Counted from the first letter of the stretch, positions 28,269 to 38,422 are shown. The stretch is 64,000 nucleotides of DNA from Thermoanaerobaculia bacterium (GCA_963664405.1 OY761158.1:4416001-4480000), one strand, 5' to 3'. Notes: generated by a model not told the origin, from the sequence alone. A program made the numbers and translations.

Positions 28269-28760
28269 TCAGTCCCTACGAAGAAGTGGCAGTAGGCTGA
28301 AGTAGTCGTCGGTCCAGAGCGAGCTTTGGGGAAGCGGATCGCCATCCTCTTCCGCACTCTGTGAATCCGCGGGCTCCTCGACCACTCCCTGTCTTCTTCG
28401 GAGGATCATCCACGTGCTTCCCCAGTCCTGGCCGGCGCCGCTCCCATTGTGGAGTCGCAGCGGTTCGAGGCCGAAGTGGGCCGCCTGAGCGCGAATCACC
28501 GGCTCAAAGTCGAGGTGATAGCTCGAGATCAGAATGGCGATGACCCCGTCGCGGCGAAGATGACTGAGATAGACCTCGAAGGCTTCCTCGGTGAGCAGAT
28601 GCACCGGAATGGAGTCGCCGGAAAAGGCGTCGAGGAGCAGTAGGTCGAGCTCCTGCGGATCTTCTCTCTCGAGGGAGAGACGAGCGTCACCGAGGACGAC
28701 TTCGATCTGGGCGGGGGAATCCTCGAGGTAGGTGAACCAGGTCTCGGCGATGCGCTGGAC
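28269..28760 (-). pseudogene. 3' fragment of a fused membrane/spermidine-synthase-like methyltransferase
   Basis: WFTYL..VLGDARLSLE..LLLDAFSGDSIPVHLLTEEAF..LWTDDYFSL; no 5' half. Confidence 0.8.
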
Positions 28761-28762
28761 AT

Positions 28763-29236
28763 ATCAGCGACAACATTCGCTACGGTCGCCCCGGCGTCAG
28801 TGAAGATGAAGTTCGAACGGCCGCGGCTCTCGCCAACGCCGCCGGTTTCGTTGAGGCCTTTCCCGAGGCCTACGAGACCATGGTCGGCGAGAGAGGAGTA
28901 CGCCTTTCGGGAGGTCAGAAGCAGCGCATCGCGATCGCCAGGGCGGTGCTGAAGAACCCCCGTATCCTCATCCTCGACGAAGCCACGTCGGCACTCGACG
29001 CGGAGAGCGAGTACCTGGTGCAGGAGGCGCTGGACAGGCTTATGAAGGGACGTACCACGATCGTCATAGCGCACCCTCTCTCGACCGTGCGCAACGCAGA
29101 CCAAGTTGTCGTGCTGGATGAAGGTGCCGTCGCGGAAGCCGGGACCCATGACCGCCTGATGGCCGCCGGTGGACTCTACCGTCGGCTTGTCGAGCGCCAA
29201 TTCACCGAGCCGCCGAAGGCCGTCGTCGTCGGCTGA
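28763..29236 (+). pseudogene. 3' fragment of an ABC exporter ATPase domain
   Basis: [31 protein letters not shown]; no Walker A or membrane domain. Confidence 0.88.
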
Positions 29237-29406
29237 TAGCTCCTTAGGCAGGTCTGGCTCGGCAGACTTTCACGCCTTCCCGGCGGGAGCCGTTCGGCCG
29301 GCAAGCCGAGTCCCCCGGGTATGACTCACCCAGCACTACGCGTTCGAGTGCTACAGTCTACTCGTGTCACTCAGAAACAGCTTGAGCGTCGAGAGGGGAG
29401 AGCGAC

Positions 29407-29955
29407 ATGGGTTTGACGGATCGGCTGTTCGGCAAGAAGAAGACGGAGAAAGAGCTGGATCCGCTTGCCGATCTGGTTCTCGAGAAGCTCAAGGTCGGCT
29501 ACCTCGTTGACTATGACTTCCACACCTGGCAGGTCACGGCCTACTGCAGCTACAAGTTCTTGGGCAACGACGAAGACGTCCAGGAATGGGAGCTAACTGC
29601 AGGTGGCTGGCAGCGTTATCTGGAGCTGGCCGACGGCGCCTGGTCGCTGTCGAGGAGAGTCTCGATCGGTGCCATCGACGGCGACATTCGCCAGCACATC
29701 CTCGATCATGAGGATCCGCCCGAGCGCGTCCTCTTCAAGGGCCAGGAGTACCACCTCGATGCCTCCTACTCCGGTCGCATGTTCCCTGACGGGAAGGGGG
29801 GCGGACAGGACGTGATACGCTGGGAGTTCCTCGACGAGGCCGAGCTCTCCTTTGTCGCCATCGAACAGTGGAGCGAGACCGAATTCTCTGCCGCCGCTGG
29901 CTCAGTAGTAGAGGACTATCAGTTCACTTCCATTCTACCGGGGGCGCCGGAGTGA
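29407..29955 (+). CDS. DUF4178-like protein
   Basis: LKVGYLVDYD..WQV..EWEL, WEFLDE..IEQW; first gene of the PspA-type operon. Confidence 0.75.
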   Translation: MGLTDRLFGKKKTEKELDPLADLVLEKLKVGYLVDYDFHTWQVTAYCSYKFLGNDEDVQEWELTAGGWQRYLELADGAWSLSRRVSIGAIDGDIRQHILDHEDPPERVLFKGQEYHLDASYSGRMFPDGKGGGQDVIRWEFLDEAELSFVAIEQWSETEFSAAAGSVVEDYQFTSILPGAPE

Positions 29956-30644
29956 AGCGGAGGCAGGCAGGGCGCAGACTGATCGCGGTGGTAGCCGTCG
30001 TTGTCGGTGCAGCGGCCTGTAGCAGCGAAGCTCCTCTCGAGCGCCTACAGCGTCAACTCGATCAGTACCCCGAGTATTCAGTCTTGCTTCAGGATATGCA
30101 GGAGAGAGGGTACCAGCACCAATACCGGGTGACGATTGGCGAGTCGCAAGCCGGATCAGACGAGCTCCTCTATCGCGACTCGGTTCGAGATTGGCAAAAG
30201 GTGGGTCGCAAAACCTACAACCGCTATCAGCCAAATCTCGGCATGGTGATCCTTTCCAAGGGCGCCGATGGGACCGTCGATCAGGGCCTGCACCCGCCCG
30301 GTTATCAACAAGTCGGTAATGAGCGCTACGGGAGATGGCGCGACGATAGGGGCGGGGGCTCGTTCTGGGAGTTCTACGGTAAGTACGCCCTGCTGAGCCA
30401 TGTGATCGGTGGCTTCGGGCGCCCCATCTACCGCAACGACTGGGATGCGTATCGGGGCGCTCGACAGCGCGGTCAAACCTATTACGGTGCTGGAGGCGCC
30501 TATGGCACCAACGGGTCCGTCACCAGACAGACGAACCCCAACTATTTCCGTCGACAACAGGCGCGACAGGCCTCCCGTAGCCGCTCGTTCAGTCAGCGGG
30601 TGAGCAGTCGCGGCTCGGCCGGCACACGGGGCGGCGCGAAGTAG
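29952..30644 (+). CDS. Lipoprotein with Gly/Arg/Ser-rich tail
   Basis: Lipobox GAAAC; PPGY..VGNERYGRW..SFWEFYGKY; GTGA overlap with the previous gene. Confidence 0.8.
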   Translation: MKRRQAGRRLIAVVAVVVGAAACSSEAPLERLQRQLDQYPEYSVLLQDMQERGYQHQYRVTIGESQAGSDELLYRDSVRDWQKVGRKTYNRYQPNLGMVILSKGADGTVDQGLHPPGYQQVGNERYGRWRDDRGGGSFWEFYGKYALLSHVIGGFGRPIYRNDWDAYRGARQRGQTYYGAGGAYGTNGSVTRQTNPNYFRRQQARQASRSRSFSQRVSSRGSAGTRGGAK

Positions 30645-30658
30645 CGTCGAGGAGGAGC

Positions 30659-31504
30659 ATGATGTCGGTGGAACAGATCTTGGCGGGTTTCATCTACTTG
30701 GCGGTGGTCCTCGTCCTGCTGGTGATCGGCAAGTGGGTTTTCGCCGCCCTACACCGGCGCCTCAACCTGCGCACCGAGCTCGTCGAGAAAGACAACCTGG
30801 CCGTTGCCCTTGCCGTCGCTGGCTACTATCTCGCCCTTGTAATCGTCCTCGCCGCAGTGGTGTCAGGACCGGCCTCCTTCAGCGTGGTCGACGACGTCAT
30901 CGGTCTGGTGATTTTCGGGTTGCTTGCAATCGCGCTGCTCAATCTATCTGCCTGGGTCAACGACAAGGTCGTCTTCTCGAAGTTCGACAATGAGAAGGAG
31001 ATCGTCGATGACCGCAATGCGGGCATGGGCGCTGTTGAAGGGGGTAACTACATCGCGGTCGGCTTGATCACGGCCGGAGCGATGTCGGGCGAGGGCGGGC
31101 TGCTGCCGGGCCTGGTCTTTTGGAGCCTTGGTCTGGCCGTGCTGATCGTCGCCGCGGTTCTATACAACAAGGTCACCTCATACGATCTTCACGAACAGAT
31201 CGAGAAGGACAATGTCGCCGTCGGCGTCGCGTTTGCCGGGGTCCTTGTCGGCTTGGGCAACATCATCCGCAACGCCGCACAGGGAGATTTCGTCTCATGG
31301 CAGGAGAGCCTGACCGAGTTTGGGTACTACACCGTCGGCGGCCTGCTCCTGTTACCTCTCATTCGGATCTTTGCCGACAAGGTGCTGCTGCCTGGCCGTA
31401 GGTTGAGCGACGAACTGGTGCAGGAGAAGCCGAACGTAGGCGCCGGCGTCATCGAAGCGATCAGCTATGTCGGTGCTTCGATGCTACTCGGATCGACCTT
31501 CTAG
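30659..31504 (+). CDS. Tandem DUF350 membrane protein
   Basis: Repeated ELVEKDNLAV / EIVDDRNAG / QIEKDNVAVG / ELVQEKPNVG units between TM helices. Confidence 0.85.
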   Translation: MMSVEQILAGFIYLAVVLVLLVIGKWVFAALHRRLNLRTELVEKDNLAVALAVAGYYLALVIVLAAVVSGPASFSVVDDVIGLVIFGLLAIALLNLSAWVNDKVVFSKFDNEKEIVDDRNAGMGAVEGGNYIAVGLITAGAMSGEGGLLPGLVFWSLGLAVLIVAAVLYNKVTSYDLHEQIEKDNVAVGVAFAGVLVGLGNIIRNAAQGDFVSWQESLTEFGYYTVGGLLLLPLIRIFADKVLLPGRRLSDELVQEKPNVGAGVIEAISYVGASMLLGSTF

Positions 31505-31567
31505 CTCATCGACGAGGACAGACCCCGGCCTTAAGGCCGGAGCAAGAGGCCTCGGCAGCAACGAACG

Positions 31568-32614
31568 ATGAGCATCTTCAGAACCAAGGTGGTGCAGCCT
31601 CTGGCGGATGTCATGGGGTTCATGCAGCGAGAGCACCTCTTCCGACTGATGGGCGTGATCGTGGTGCTGGTCTTTGGCGGAGCCTTTGGCCTGGTCTTCT
31701 TCGAGAACGGCCGAAACTTCCCCGACGCGTTGTGGTGGGCTATCGTCACCGTCACCACGGTGGGCTTCGGCGACGTATTCCCCGTTTCCCTCGGCGGCCG
31801 ATTGATCGGTGGTGTGCTCATGTTTTTTGGCATCGGCGTGCTCGGCATGTTCACGGCCACAATAGCCGGCGTCTTTGTCGAGAAGCGAATGCGGAAGGAG
31901 CGAGGCATGGGCTCATACGAACTCGAGAACCACATCATCCTGTGCGAATGGAACGAGCGCACAAAGGAGATCCTCAAAGACCTGCGGGCCGACCCGCGCG
32001 CGGCTACCGCACCGATCGCGCTGATAGCCGACGTCGACGTGAAGCCGGTCGTTGACGAGCATCTCTTCTTCGTGCGTGGCGATCTGACCGAGGAGCAGCT
32101 CAAGCGAGCCGGCATCGAGAACGCGGCAACCGTTGTCATCGTCGGCGACCGCTCTCTGGGCTACGTTGCGCGGGACGCCAAGGCCGTGCTGTCGGCGTTG
32201 ACTGTCGAAAGCCTCAACCCTGACGTCTACTCGATCGTCGAGCTGGCCAGCGAGGCCAATGTTCGCCACTGCGAGCGTGCCCACGCGGATGAGATCATCG
32301 TTGGCGCCGAGTTCAGCAGCCGGCTGATCTCGACCGCGACTTTAGACCATGGCATCTCAGCAGTCCTGCGTGAGCTGCTGAGCGCCCAGGTCGGCCACGA
32401 CCTCATCACCGCACCGGTTCCAGAGGGGCTGGCGGGGCGCCCCTTTTTCGACGTGTTCACTGAGCTGAAGCGTGAGCACGGCATGATCGCCCTGGCAATC
32501 CTGCGCCGTGAGGGCGGCGACGTCGTGACGAACCCTGACAGCGAAACCATCGTCAATGGCGACGATCGACTGGTAGTCGTCACGGCGGGCAAAACCGCCG
32601 CCGCCTCATCGTGA
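31568..32614 (+). CDS. Two-TM potassium channel with RCK (TrkA-N/C) domain
   Basis: WWAIVTVTTVGFGD selectivity filter, HIILCEWN, FVRGD, TrkA-C tail. Confidence 0.92.
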   Translation: MSIFRTKVVQPLADVMGFMQREHLFRLMGVIVVLVFGGAFGLVFFENGRNFPDALWWAIVTVTTVGFGDVFPVSLGGRLIGGVLMFFGIGVLGMFTATIAGVFVEKRMRKERGMGSYELENHIILCEWNERTKEILKDLRADPRAATAPIALIADVDVKPVVDEHLFFVRGDLTEEQLKRAGIENAATVVIVGDRSLGYVARDAKAVLSALTVESLNPDVYSIVELASEANVRHCERAHADEIIVGAEFSSRLISTATLDHGISAVLRELLSAQVGHDLITAPVPEGLAGRPFFDVFTELKREHGMIALAILRREGGDVVTNPDSETIVNGDDRLVVVTAGKTAAASS

Positions 32615-32618
32615 GACC

Positions 32619-32999
32619 GTGATCGGTGTCTCGATCCTCGGTCGCATCGGCGCGATGCTGCGCAGCGAGCTCTCCGCCCGCCTTCACCAGCGGCGAGGTA
32701 CGGCGAACAGCGAGGCGGGACGGCCCGTAGGGGGAGACTCCAGGTCACCACCGGCGCCCGCTGCGCCCCCCAGCAGCGGGCGGGCGCAGGACCCGGAGCT
32801 CGCCCGCTACTATGCCAACCTCGAGCTGGTTTACGGTGCTGACGTCGGCGCGGTTCGGGAGGCCAGGCGACGGATGCTCAAGCGCTATCACCCAGACCTG
32901 CACTCCACCGACCCCGAGAAGAGGCGCATTGCAACCGAGTTGGCCAAGGGACTCAATCGCGCCCATGACGAGATCGTACGCCGCCTGGGTCCCAAATAG
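32619..32999 (+). CDS. Small protein with C-terminal J-domain
   Basis: YYANLEL..MLKRYHPDL..LNRAH; HPD motif. Confidence 0.85.
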   Translation: MIGVSILGRIGAMLRSELSARLHQRRGTANSEAGRPVGGDSRSPPAPAAPPSSGRAQDPELARYYANLELVYGADVGAVREARRRMLKRYHPDLHSTDPEKRRIATELAKGLNRAHDEIVRRLGPK

Positions 33000-33045
33000 C
33001 GGTAGGATCAAGATGACTGACGATGGCGCAAGGAGGTGTGGTTCG

Positions 33046-33441
33046 ATGTCTGAGAATCTAGACAGGGTCAAGGGCTACCTGCTTGAGCTTTCTCTTGAAA
33101 TCGTCGCAGAGAACGAGGCCGAGGAGCTCGTCGTTGTCGACGACGAAGACAACGGCATCAAGCAGCTGGTCATTGACTGTGAGCCCCCCATCGTGATTCT
33201 CGAACAGCTGATCGCCGAGGTGCCGGCGGAGCCGCGGGATCTTTTCGTTCGGCTCCTGCAGATGAACAACACCCTGGTGCACGGTGCCTTCGTACTCGAC
33301 GAGACCGCCGAGCGCATCTTCTTTCGCGACACGCTGCAGCTCGCCAATCTCGACCTCAACGAGCTCGAGGGCTCGATCCGGGCGCTGTCCCTGGCGCTGG
33401 CGGAGTACGGCTCCGAACTGCTCACCTACTTCAAGAAATAG
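33046..33441 (+). CDS. YbjN/CesT(Tir)-like chaperone-fold protein
   Basis: LLQMNNTLVHGAFVLD..IFFRDTLQLANLD; acidic ~131 aa; RBS AGGAGG. Confidence 0.8.
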   Translation: MSENLDRVKGYLLELSLEIVAENEAEELVVVDDEDNGIKQLVIDCEPPIVILEQLIAEVPAEPRDLFVRLLQMNNTLVHGAFVLDETAERIFFRDTLQLANLDLNELEGSIRALSLALAEYGSELLTYFKK

Positions 33442-33464
33442 ACCCTGCTGAAGGAGATCCAGTC

Positions 33465-34190
33465 ATGGCGAGTATTTTCCGCCGGATGTTCAAGGTTGCC
33501 GAGTCCCATGCCCATGCCGCGGTTGACGGCCTCGAGGATCCAATCAAGATGACCGAGCAGGGCATCCGCGATCTCAAGAAGAACCTCCAAGCCGCTATGG
33601 TCAGTCTGGCGCAGGTGAAGTCGTTGGCCATCCGCATGGAGAAGGAGGCCTTGGATCACAAGAAGCGTGCCGCGGACTATGAGCGCAAGGCGATGTTGGT
33701 GCTCAAACGGATGGAGGCTGGGGAGATGGAAGCGGGCGAGGCCGAGCGTCTCGCTAGCGCGGCGTTGGAAAAGAAGGAAGAGGGGCTGCAACTGGCCGCC
33801 AGCGTGAGCACCGACCATCAGACGCAGCAGCGTATGGCCGATCAGCTCCAAGGCAAGGTTGAAGATCTGAAGCGCCAGATCGGCAAGTATGAGAACGAGG
33901 CCGTCACGCTGAAGGCGCGAGCACGCACCGCTTCGTCGATGCGCAAGATCAACCAGCAGTTGGCCGGCGGCGACGCGTCTGGCACCGTTGCCTTGCTCGA
34001 GAAGATGAAGCAGAAGGTCGAGGAAGAGGAGTCTCTGGCCGAGGCCTATGACCAGCTCGCAGACGTCGGCGGCACCATCGACGACGACTTAGAGCGGGCC
34101 CTTAGCGCGCCGTCGAGCAGCGCTGGAGCCGATTCGTTGGCCGAGTTAAAGAAGAAAATGGGCATCGGGGCCGCGCCGGATTCTGCGTAG
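33465..34190 (+). CDS. pspA: PspA/IM30 (bacterial ESCRT-III) family protein
   Basis: Amphipathic MASIFRRMFK, LEDPIKM, long coiled coils, TLKAR, LEKMKQKV, LAELKKKMG. Confidence 0.92.
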   Translation: MASIFRRMFKVAESHAHAAVDGLEDPIKMTEQGIRDLKKNLQAAMVSLAQVKSLAIRMEKEALDHKKRAADYERKAMLVLKRMEAGEMEAGEAERLASAALEKKEEGLQLAASVSTDHQTQQRMADQLQGKVEDLKRQIGKYENEAVTLKARARTASSMRKINQQLAGGDASGTVALLEKMKQKVEEEESLAEAYDQLADVGGTIDDDLERALSAPSSSAGADSLAELKKKMGIGAAPDSA

Positions 34191-34236
34191 CAAGCGGCGC
34201 CGCATCGCGAGGCCGCCGCCCTAGACGACGCTCAAG

Positions 34237-35931
34237 CTAAAGCGAGCTCGAGTGCTCGTAACCCACCTCACGCATCACTTCCTCGGCCGCGCGGACGCCG
34301 TGATACTGCGCTTCCTCGAAGAGCGAGATTCCACTCATGTCGGAGTGGGCGAAGCGGATTGCGCCGTGGCTCTCGGCGGCCGAGCGCCGCGCTTTGCCCC
34401 ACAGAAAGCCTGGCACGGGGCGAATCATCGCGTGCCCCCAGAGCATGACGTCCACGTGCGTAACCAGGGACTCGATCTCGGGGTGGGCCCGCACCAGATC
34501 GGCGAGGATCAACGACACCCAGTCGCTCCAGCTGCGGTTGAGCATCCAGGCTCTTGCCACCTCCGGGTTTGGCACTGTCAAGGGCAAGTAGTAGGTCAGC
34601 ACGCTCGGACCTGGTGCGATGCTCAAATTCTGGTGGGTAGCGACGACGTAGCCGAGGGACGGACTGTCGAAGAGCACGTTGTCCCAGGCAGCTCCCTCCG
34701 GCAGACGATCCACGGTGAGATTCGCCACCATCCATGGGCAGTAGGTGAAGGCATCGAGGTCAGGGCGCGCGTAGCCCTCGATGACATGGCTAGCGGTGAA
34801 ACGGGGTAGAGCGTAGATGACATGGCGCGCCCGAAAGCGCACGGCTGTTTCAGTCTCTGTGTCGATCGCGTCAACATGGACACCACCCGCCTCGGAGGCG
34901 GCGTGCTCGGCCTCGGTGGCCGGAGACAGCCGATAGACGAGCATGCCGGTCTTGACCTGTCGCTCCAGGCGGTCCATGTAGTGGCGGACGATGCGGCCGT
35001 TGCCCTCCGGCCAGGTCAAGTATTCGACGTCTTCAGGGCGCGAACAGAAGTAGTGCCAACCCGCCCAGGCCGAAGTGTTCTCGAGTGTGCAGCCGTAGTC
35101 GTCGCGGCAACAGTGGTCGACATACCAGCGCAGACGCGGCGAGGAAAAGCCGGCACGGTCGAAGTACTCGCGCATCGAGATCCCGTCAAGAGCGACGATC
35201 TCCGCGTCGCTGGTGCTCGCCGCGACCGGCAGGGCGAACGCCCGGCGGCCGCCCTCATCCCGATAGTCGCGATAGCGCCGGACCTGCGCCTCAAACGCGG
35301 CAAGCTCCCCAACGGCGCCGGTTCCATCGGGATCCATGAGGGCCCGCGCCGAGAGCCCTTCGTGCCACTCGCCGTCGACAAACAGCCGCTCCTGTGGGGC
35401 ATGGCAAAGATGCCGCGGGTCATAGATCGGCTCGTTGTCAGGCCCGTAGTCCTGAACCAGGCCCATCTCCTCCAGCAGCTCACAGACCGCGGTCGACTGG
35501 GCGTTCGGCACTGGCAAGTAGTGCGCGCCCCAGGGGTAGGCCGAGACATGATTCTGCCCCCAACGCGCGTTGCCGCCTACCTCAGACTCGAGCTCGAGCA
35601 ACGCGAAGTCGCGAAAGCCACTCTTGGCAAGCTTCCACGCCGCCGACAATCCGGCGATTCCGCCGCCGACGATCACCACCGGCACCTCGCGGGTCTGTTG
35701 CGGCTGCGGGAAGCCGCCTTCGCGCAGCCGGTGGCCAGTCTGATGTGATGCACCAACGATAGCCCCAGCGATCGCGCCGCTAGCGAGCCGATCAGGCAGT
35801 GGCGGCGCTCGACACGAAGAGTGGAACGCGATCGCCGCCGCAGCACCAGGGCCGATGCGCATCAGGTCTCTGCGGGTCAGCAGGGGTGGCGATCCCGTCG
35901 GTCCGCTCCCTGGCACTCGACGGTCTCTCAT
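34237..35931 (-). CDS. FAD-dependent amine-oxidase-like oxidoreductase, Tat/lipoprotein-like signal
   Basis: TRRDL..C signal, VIVGGGIAGL, GGNAR, PWGAHY, WGHAM, HSDMSGISLFEEA; ATGA overlap with the speE-like stop. Confidence 0.9.
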   Translation of the reverse strand: MRDRRVPGSGPTGSPPLLTRRDLMRIGPGAAAAIAFHSSCRAPPLPDRLASGAIAGAIVGASHQTGHRLREGGFPQPQQTREVPVVIVGGGIAGLSAAWKLAKSGFRDFALLELESEVGGNARWGQNHVSAYPWGAHYLPVPNAQSTAVCELLEEMGLVQDYGPDNEPIYDPRHLCHAPQERLFVDGEWHEGLSARALMDPDGTGAVGELAAFEAQVRRYRDYRDEGGRRAFALPVAASTSDAEIVALDGISMREYFDRAGFSSPRLRWYVDHCCRDDYGCTLENTSAWAGWHYFCSRPEDVEYLTWPEGNGRIVRHYMDRLERQVKTGMLVYRLSPATEAEHAASEAGGVHVDAIDTETETAVRFRARHVIYALPRFTASHVIEGYARPDLDAFTYCPWMVANLTVDRLPEGAAWDNVLFDSPSLGYVVATHQNLSIAPGPSVLTYYLPLTVPNPEVARAWMLNRSWSDWVSLILADLVRAHPEIESLVTHVDVMLWGHAMIRPVPGFLWGKARRSAAESHGAIRFAHSDMSGISLFEEAQYHGVRAAEEVMREVGYEHSSSL

Positions 35932-37475
35932 CGTACGTACTGGTTCCAGCCGTCTGCGTGGTACCGCACCAGAATCTGGTTGTTGAGGTGATTCACCTCG
36001 ACCGGAACCGCAGCTAGATCGGTTGGAAACTCGAACAACGTGCGTGCGATCTCCGGAGTCAGAAAGCGTAGCGCTGCAGGGAAACGATCGGGAAGCTGAA
36101 ACGGCTCTCGCGACGCCGCGACGAAGCCCCACTCGCCAAAGGAAGGCACCGCAGCGTGATAGGGAGCCGCGTTGAGCCCCGCCGCGCGCACCGTCTCGAC
36201 GATGCACCAGAACGCTTGACGGGAGACGAGGGGAGATGTGCTCTGGATCGCCACGATGCCGCCGGCATTGAGGCGGGCCGCGAGCCTGCGATAGAAGGTG
36301 GTCGTGTAGAGCTTACCGAGGGAGTAGTTCCTGGGGTCTGGGAAGTCGACGACGATGAAGTCGTAGCGGCCGGTCTCCTCGGCGAGCCAGACGAACGCGT
36401 CGGCGTTGATCACCTCGACTCGGGGCGAGCGCAGAGCGTAGTCGTTGAGCTGGGAAAACGAGTCATGGGCAGCGAAGATCTCGGTCATCATCGGGTCGAG
36501 GTCGACAAGAGTGATGCTCTCGACGCGGTCGTCTTTGAGGATCTCACGCACCGCCATCCCATCACCGCCGCCAAGCACCAGCGTCCGGCGCGGCGCCGCA
36601 ACCGCGGCCAGACCCGGATGGACCAGCGCTTCGTGGTAGCGGTATTCGTCGGTGGACGAGAATTGCAGGTTGCCGTCGAGGAACAGACGCACTTCGCCTC
36701 GGGCCTGCGTGAGCACGATGCGCTGATACTGAGACGAGCGCGAAAGGATCACAGGGTCGTCATACAACTTGCGCTCGGATCGCTCCATCAGGTGGTCCGA
36801 GAACACCGCGCCAACCACAAGCAGGACAAGAGCGAGATAAGCCTGGGCAGTGAGCCAAGGCCGACGATGTTGACGGCGAAAGAGATGACAGGTCCAGACC
36901 GCGACCAGCGCGTTCAATACACCGAACACGAACGAGGAGCGCATCAACCCGACCCGTGGCACCAACCACAGCGGAAACAACAACGAGGCCGCCAGCGCGC
37001 CGAGGTAGTCGAGCGAGAGCACCTTCGAGACAAGGTCGTGCAGCGGAAACTGATCCTCGAGGATGCGGATCAGAAAAGGGATCTCCAAGCCGACAAGTAC
37101 TCCGGTCGCTGCCACCCAGCCATAGAGCACGAGCCGGAAAGTGTCAATCTCGGAGAACGCGAAGAAGAGAACGGGCGACGAAATGCCGCCGACTACGCTC
37201 ACCAGGATCTCGATCTCGATGAAGCGCGTCACCAGATCGCGGTGAAAGTAGCGCGACCAGAAAGAGCCAACCCCCATGGAAAACAGATAGACACCGATGA
37301 TCGTCGAGAACTGCGTGACGCTGTCGCCCAGGAGATAGCTGGCAATGGTGCCCGCCAGCAGCTCGTAGATCAGCCCGCAGGTGGCGATGGTGAAGACAGA
37401 GACCAGGAGCGCCCGAGTCTTGGTGCCGCTCCCCTCGGTCAGCGCTGGTCGCGAATCGCTGGAAAACTCCGACAA
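35928..37475 (-). CDS. speE: Membrane-anchored polyamine aminopropyltransferase (spermidine synthase-like)
   Basis: Multi-TM N-domain; SQYQRI, LFLDGNLQF, YHEALVH, LGGGDG, VDLD, VVDFPDP; TTG start inferred. Confidence 0.9.
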   Translation of the reverse strand: MSEFSSDSRPALTEGSGTKTRALLVSVFTIATCGLIYELLAGTIASYLLGDSVTQFSTIIGVYLFSMGVGSFWSRYFHRDLVTRFIEIEILVSVVGGISSPVLFFAFSEIDTFRLVLYGWVAATGVLVGLEIPFLIRILEDQFPLHDLVSKVLSLDYLGALAASLLFPLWLVPRVGLMRSSFVFGVLNALVAVWTCHLFRRQHRRPWLTAQAYLALVLLVVGAVFSDHLMERSERKLYDDPVILSRSSQYQRIVLTQARGEVRLFLDGNLQFSSTDEYRYHEALVHPGLAAVAAPRRTLVLGGGDGMAVREILKDDRVESITLVDLDPMMTEIFAAHDSFSQLNDYALRSPRVEVINADAFVWLAEETGRYDFIVVDFPDPRNYSLGKLYTTTFYRRLAARLNAGGIVAIQSTSPLVSRQAFWCIVETVRAAGLNAAPYHAAVPSFGEWGFVAASREPFQLPDRFPAALRFLTPEIARTLFEFPTDLAAVPVEVNHLNNQILVRYHADGWNQYVR

Positions 37476-37479
37476 ACCT

Positions 37480-38384
37480 TTAGCCCTCGGGCGCCACGCC
37501 AAGGGCGACCAGACCGACGTACTCGCGTGCTTCAGTCTGCGAAAATGGCTGCATAAAGGGCCCCGCGCGCACATCCCTCGCCCGCTCAGCGATGCCGAGA
37601 AAGACCGCAACCAGAGTGAGATTGCCAAGTGTGCGCCCCATCAGCACACCGGGGTTCCAGTGGCCCCAACGACCGGCGATCTGAACCGACCCGTCTGGGA
37701 TAGCGCAGCCGTTGAAGAGAACTGATTGGCTGCCCGAAGCGCGCATCCCCAACGCGTCCCAGTCGTTCTGTGGCTCGAGGCCGGGAGTATCCATCGGCAC
37801 GAAGGCGAAGCCGATCCGATCCCTTCGGGGTCGGGTACCCGCAGATTCAACACCATCAGGTTGGCGATCGGTGACAGGGTGACAAAGATCTTGCGCCCGT
37901 CAAGCCTCCAGCCGCCATCTACTCGAGTGGCCGTTGTACTTGGCCGCAGAAAGGCGGTGCCCGCCTCGGTGGCTGTCGCGCAGATCACCAGCTCGCCCCC
38001 CGCACTTGCGCGCAGGGGCCCTTCGTTGTGCTCCCGCGCCGCCACGTCACCAGAAGCGACCGCGGCCCGCCAGCCCTCGGCCATCCGCCGGCTGACCGCA
38101 AGATGCATGTTCAACGCGATCGCTGTCGAGGAATCAGCCCGACCCAAACGCTCGAGACCTGCGGCCCAATCCTGCACCGAGTCGAGGCCGAGGCCGCCGA
38201 GCCGTTCAGGGACGAAGGCTGCAACGGCGCCACTGCGTTTCAGATCTTCGAAGTTCTCTTCCGCAAACGAAGCGTCGCGATCGTGGGCGCCGGCGCGTTG
38301 CCGGAACACCTCCTGATGTTCCTCGGCAATGGCGACAAAACGGCGACCAGCCTCGCTGCACGGCTGTAGTTCCATAGTGGGCAA
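37480..38384 (-). pseudogene. Acyl-CoA dehydrogenase family, frameshifted and internally deleted
   Basis: ALNMH, LDGRKIFVT, WDALGMRASGS; frameshift near 37820; jumps from GIAERARD straight to the C-terminal VRAGPFMQPF. Confidence 0.85.
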
Positions 38385-38422
38385 CCTCCAAGGATCAGCA
38401 GGCTATCTCAACAGAAGAGCGC

